From: Klebsormidium nitens
Taxonomy: Eukaryota; Plantae; Klebsormidiophyceae
Length of the DNA stretch: 62,089 bases
Assembly: GCA_000708835.1 (NCBI GenBank)
Contig: DF237486.1
Coordinates: forward strand, 1-62,089
Direction of reading: 5' to 3'
Shown here: positions 58,901 to 62,089 of the stretch, one piece after another
Numbering within the stretch: position 1 is the first letter of the stretch
Layout of the letters: each line of letters opens with the position of its first letter
Translations under genes and position numbers: made by a program
Notes under the pieces: generated by a model
Databases searched by the model: none
Told to the model about the DNA's origin: nothing
Seen by the model: the letters and a program-made list of their open reading frames with translations, nothing else

Positions 58901-61483
58901 GTTATGCTTCACAATACCAGCGCCAAAGGGCCTTCTGGGCTGCTCAAATGATAGCACCGTTGCGCAGTACGCACAGTCAAACGGTGCCAATGAACGCAAA
59001 GGGCGGTATTGCAATAAAGGACGTTGTGCAAGGATTTTGCTGACGTCAGCCCACAAAGAGCTTGCGCACTGACAAGCGTCGTCTCCAGGTTAGAAGGGGC
59101 GGACAGGAGTGAGGGTCGTCAGAAAACCGGCTGGGGCCTGAGCCGGGGCTAGCGCCTGCTAGCTCCGCAAGACGCCACTGTTGAGTCGAGCAATCCGTTT
59201 GACACATTGCAGAAAAGCTTCGTTGTGCAATCTCTAAGGCGAGCCAGTCCTCATTGTAAGAGCAGGGGCCACCAGATTTCTCAACTTCGGCACACTTTGC
59301 GAGCCAAACCTCACCTTTCTGCTTGAGAAAGTGAAGAGAAACTCGTAGTGAAGGAGGCCCTGAACTGATGGACGAGTTCCCATTTAAAACACGCTTAAAA
59401 ACTTGCAACAATGGGCCAGCTACTTCAGGTGAACAAAAGATACTTAAAATCCTGCAAGAGCAAGCTTTCACCACTAAGCGGGAAGGCACAGGCACTCACG
59501 TCTGACAAGCGGATGGCGAAGTCTAGGGGATGAACAGTCTCCAGCGTGTCCAGGCCCCCGTACGCGCCAAGGGTGCCAAAGCTCTCCGCTGACATGTCCT
59601 CCACAGGCACGCCCCGGCTCCTCAGCATGCTTAGGTACTGCACAAGGAGAGTCACTGTTCTAGCTTTTCACCGTCAGATGCCGTCGCACACACGGCGGTA
59701 CAACCATGCAAGTGGATCCGGATCTCACTGGCAAGACAACGTCACCCCGGCAGGCTATATAAAAGACTGCTGGCGCCCCAACATAATACGGAGGGCGTGC
59801 AACCAAAGCTTAATTCCGCGGGCTTATTCGCATGTGCCGAGCAGCGCCTCACCTCGTCCACCATCTCCCAGTCCTCGTCGTCGCTGTCGCTATCCTCGTC
59901 ATCGTCATCGTCGTCGTAGTCAGAGTCAGAGAATGGGTAGTCGCCCATCTCTTCGTCCACCTCATCCAGCATGCCGCCCTCGTCATAGTCACTGCACCCA
60001 ACAACCACCTGCCAGAGGAGTAGGCATGAGTCACCAGATGCACCTGGAGAGGTCATAAGACGGCAGAATAGTGGAACATCTATTTGATTGTTGCACAAAT
60101 TATCTACACAGGCGGCTGACTTAGAGCTCTGTTCTGCCCTTGATCCTAGGGGTATAGTCTCAGAAGAAACCCATAAAGAACCACTCACAAGCAGTGCACA
60201 GCACCATCCTGCTCAGTTATACTGGCCAAATGCTCTGAGTCTGAACTTGAAGGATAGAGGTAGGTTTTTCATCAGACAGCCGCCCAGAGTTGCCAGCCAA
60301 GGAGGGTCACTCACAGTGATGTCCTCCTGTTGCAGGTACTCTGGATCGCCTTCGTCCCAGTCAATTCCATCAACGGTGAAGTAAAGGTCTGCACACAGGA
60401 TCCAGCTTTGCTGAGACACTCAATGGCCATTGTGTCCTACTCATAGCCAAGCCCAGGAAGCATAATTCGTTCAAACAAGTGCGCGCCACATGACAGCCGC
60501 TGTTTACGGAAGCTGTCCGTGGTCTCATCTTTCTTCTCCCGCTATTCCGAGTCTGCCTCGGAGTGCATGCGCTCCAACTTTGAGAACTTCAAAAAGCCAA
60601 AAGCAGCAACCTTCAATTCTAATTACGAATTCCGAGCCATGAAGAATGCTGCTGGTCCAGCCAAAATGACGAAAAATCGTAGGGCTTTCCGTAATGGAAG
60701 TAGTACAGGTACAGAAAGGTGAATAAGGCTCCCTCCTTTGCGCTCCTATAAAATGGCTGTAAAATGCATAGAGTGAATGTTGACAACCAATGCTGTCACA
60801 AGGTCCCTGCGTTTTTTTGAGAAAACCCTCAAACGAGCACGCTCGGCCATTCTCAGATCAATGCAATGTTGCTGCCCATGAATTTTGGAGGTGCAGCCCT
60901 AACCCTTTGGCACTCATATGCAATCAATTCCATGCAGATCCGCTAAAGCATTGAAGAAGTCCAGCGTCTCACCTCCCTGGTCGTCGGTGAGATAAGAGAG
61001 ATCGAGCCCCTCCGAGTGGCCCTCTGGAAACATCCTGGTGAAGAGCAGTCCCTCTTTGTTATCTGCCACAAACGTGCGCGCCCCTTCCGCAGGCGTTGGC
61101 TTGCCCTTCTGTGCAGCGGGCTCATCTTGGCTTGCAAGAGGAAGGTCCTCAAGGGGGTGCCAAGAAGGCGCCTTCGCTGGGCTCTGCTGGGAGCGCTTTT
61201 GCTGCCGGCCTCCTGATCCCAAGACCATCCTCACAGGCCCCCTTTTGCTTGCTCTGTCAACAACACCGGCACCCGCTTGTTGGAAGATCAAGCCTGCCTT
61301 CAATCCTTGGCCGCAGCGGGCGGCTCTCTGAGCCGAAAGCAACTGACATCGGGCTGCCGGAAAATGAATACTGGATTTGCCAGAATAAGTAGGTCCTTCT
61401 CTCTGAAACCCAGCCTCAAAGGTAAACTTAGATCCCCCTCGACTTGCATACGCATGGCCACTGAGCATCTGACTTGCAGCCAT
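55936..61483 (-). CDS. Organelle-targeted FMN-binding split-barrel/DUF2470 protein, At3g49140/At5g24060-like; multi-exon
   Basis: Transit-like N-terminus followed by SWHPLEDL...PTPAEGARTFVADN (61483-~60975). Then LYFTV, an acidic DDEDWE exon, ETVHPLDFAIRLSDV, PPLYRLRVTSV, VDASEYAAAQPDVL and MVAVDRYGFDLRV...TLRVSF, in the order of the plant family. The 3' end is uncertain. Confidence 0.78.
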
Positions 61484-62089
61484 GGCCGACAGCAGGGCTG
61501 CCAGCGGCCCGGGGCCCCCAAGCAGCTACCGTTGAAGCGTTCAGGGCGTCAACTGCATCTAAGCAGGAAAGGGCGTCTCAAGGACTTTCCACCATTTCAC
61601 AACTTTCTTTGCTAATGCACCCTTAGTGCAACCAGCACAAACCTACCGGCAACTTTCACTGCAAATGACTCAATGTCTTTACTAAGTTCTCGTCTGCATT
61701 TCAGTAAGTATGGCACGACAACCACAAGGGTTCGGAATCACAATGTCAGGACACACTATACAATCCTCTGCCTGTCGTTATGCAAGCTGCCGCCCCATCA
61801 ACACACTGGCTGCCTTTACCGCACCTCCTACATACTTTCATTACGGACACTGACAGCGTTGCGGCCATGAAAGTATCAACCTTTCAGGCGTTCCGCAAAA
61901 GCCGCACAGCTTCACTCAAAACGAGACGGCGCCCCGCAACACTCTGCATGTGCTCACAGCTTCCTCCATTCGCCACCGACCAGCTACCACTTCAAGTTCA
62001 ATGTATACCTGTGTATACCTAGCCTGCTGCAGGCTCATGCAGGGGTGACGTCAACTCACAGCCGGGGTTTTAACCCTTTAACAGCGGGT

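Noticed and set aside
1-62089. CRISPR arrays, tRNA or rRNA genes
   Set aside because: No repeat-spacer array and no recognisable structural RNA was seen. The tandem repeats present are short intronic or coding duplications.

Overview
This is eukaryotic nuclear DNA: GC-rich exons, many GT-AG introns, and four N gaps. It carries green-plant/streptophyte marker genes (HPAT, SufD, LUX, RPP3, a DCD domain). The style fits a streptophyte alga such as Klebsormidium, but that is an inference. In order along the window: (1) a 741-bp non-autonomous DNA transposon with ~45-bp TIRs and a 7-bp TSD; (2) an HPAT gene; (3) four intronless paralogues encoding an F-box, an LRR-like middle and C-terminal TM helices, of which one is intact and three are disrupted; (4) an atypical DNMT1/MET1-type C5 DNA methyltransferase with a PIP box, one BAH domain, no chromodomain, and a ~320-aa repeat-containing insertion in the catalytic domain; (5) plastid SufD; (6) ~4.5 kb with no assignable gene; (7) a ~12-kb gene for a ~1,700-aa protein combining a TTC3/DZIP3-like Cys/His domain, an RRM, a PAM2-like motif, a DCD domain and a C-terminal RING, i.e. 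a candidate RNA-associated E3 ligase; (8) LUX head-to-head with RPP3; (9) an At3g49140-like split-barrel/DUF2470 protein. The three large N gaps have identical sequence on both flanks and probably have zero true length. All family assignments come from motifs read by eye, not from database searches, and exon boundaries are approximate.
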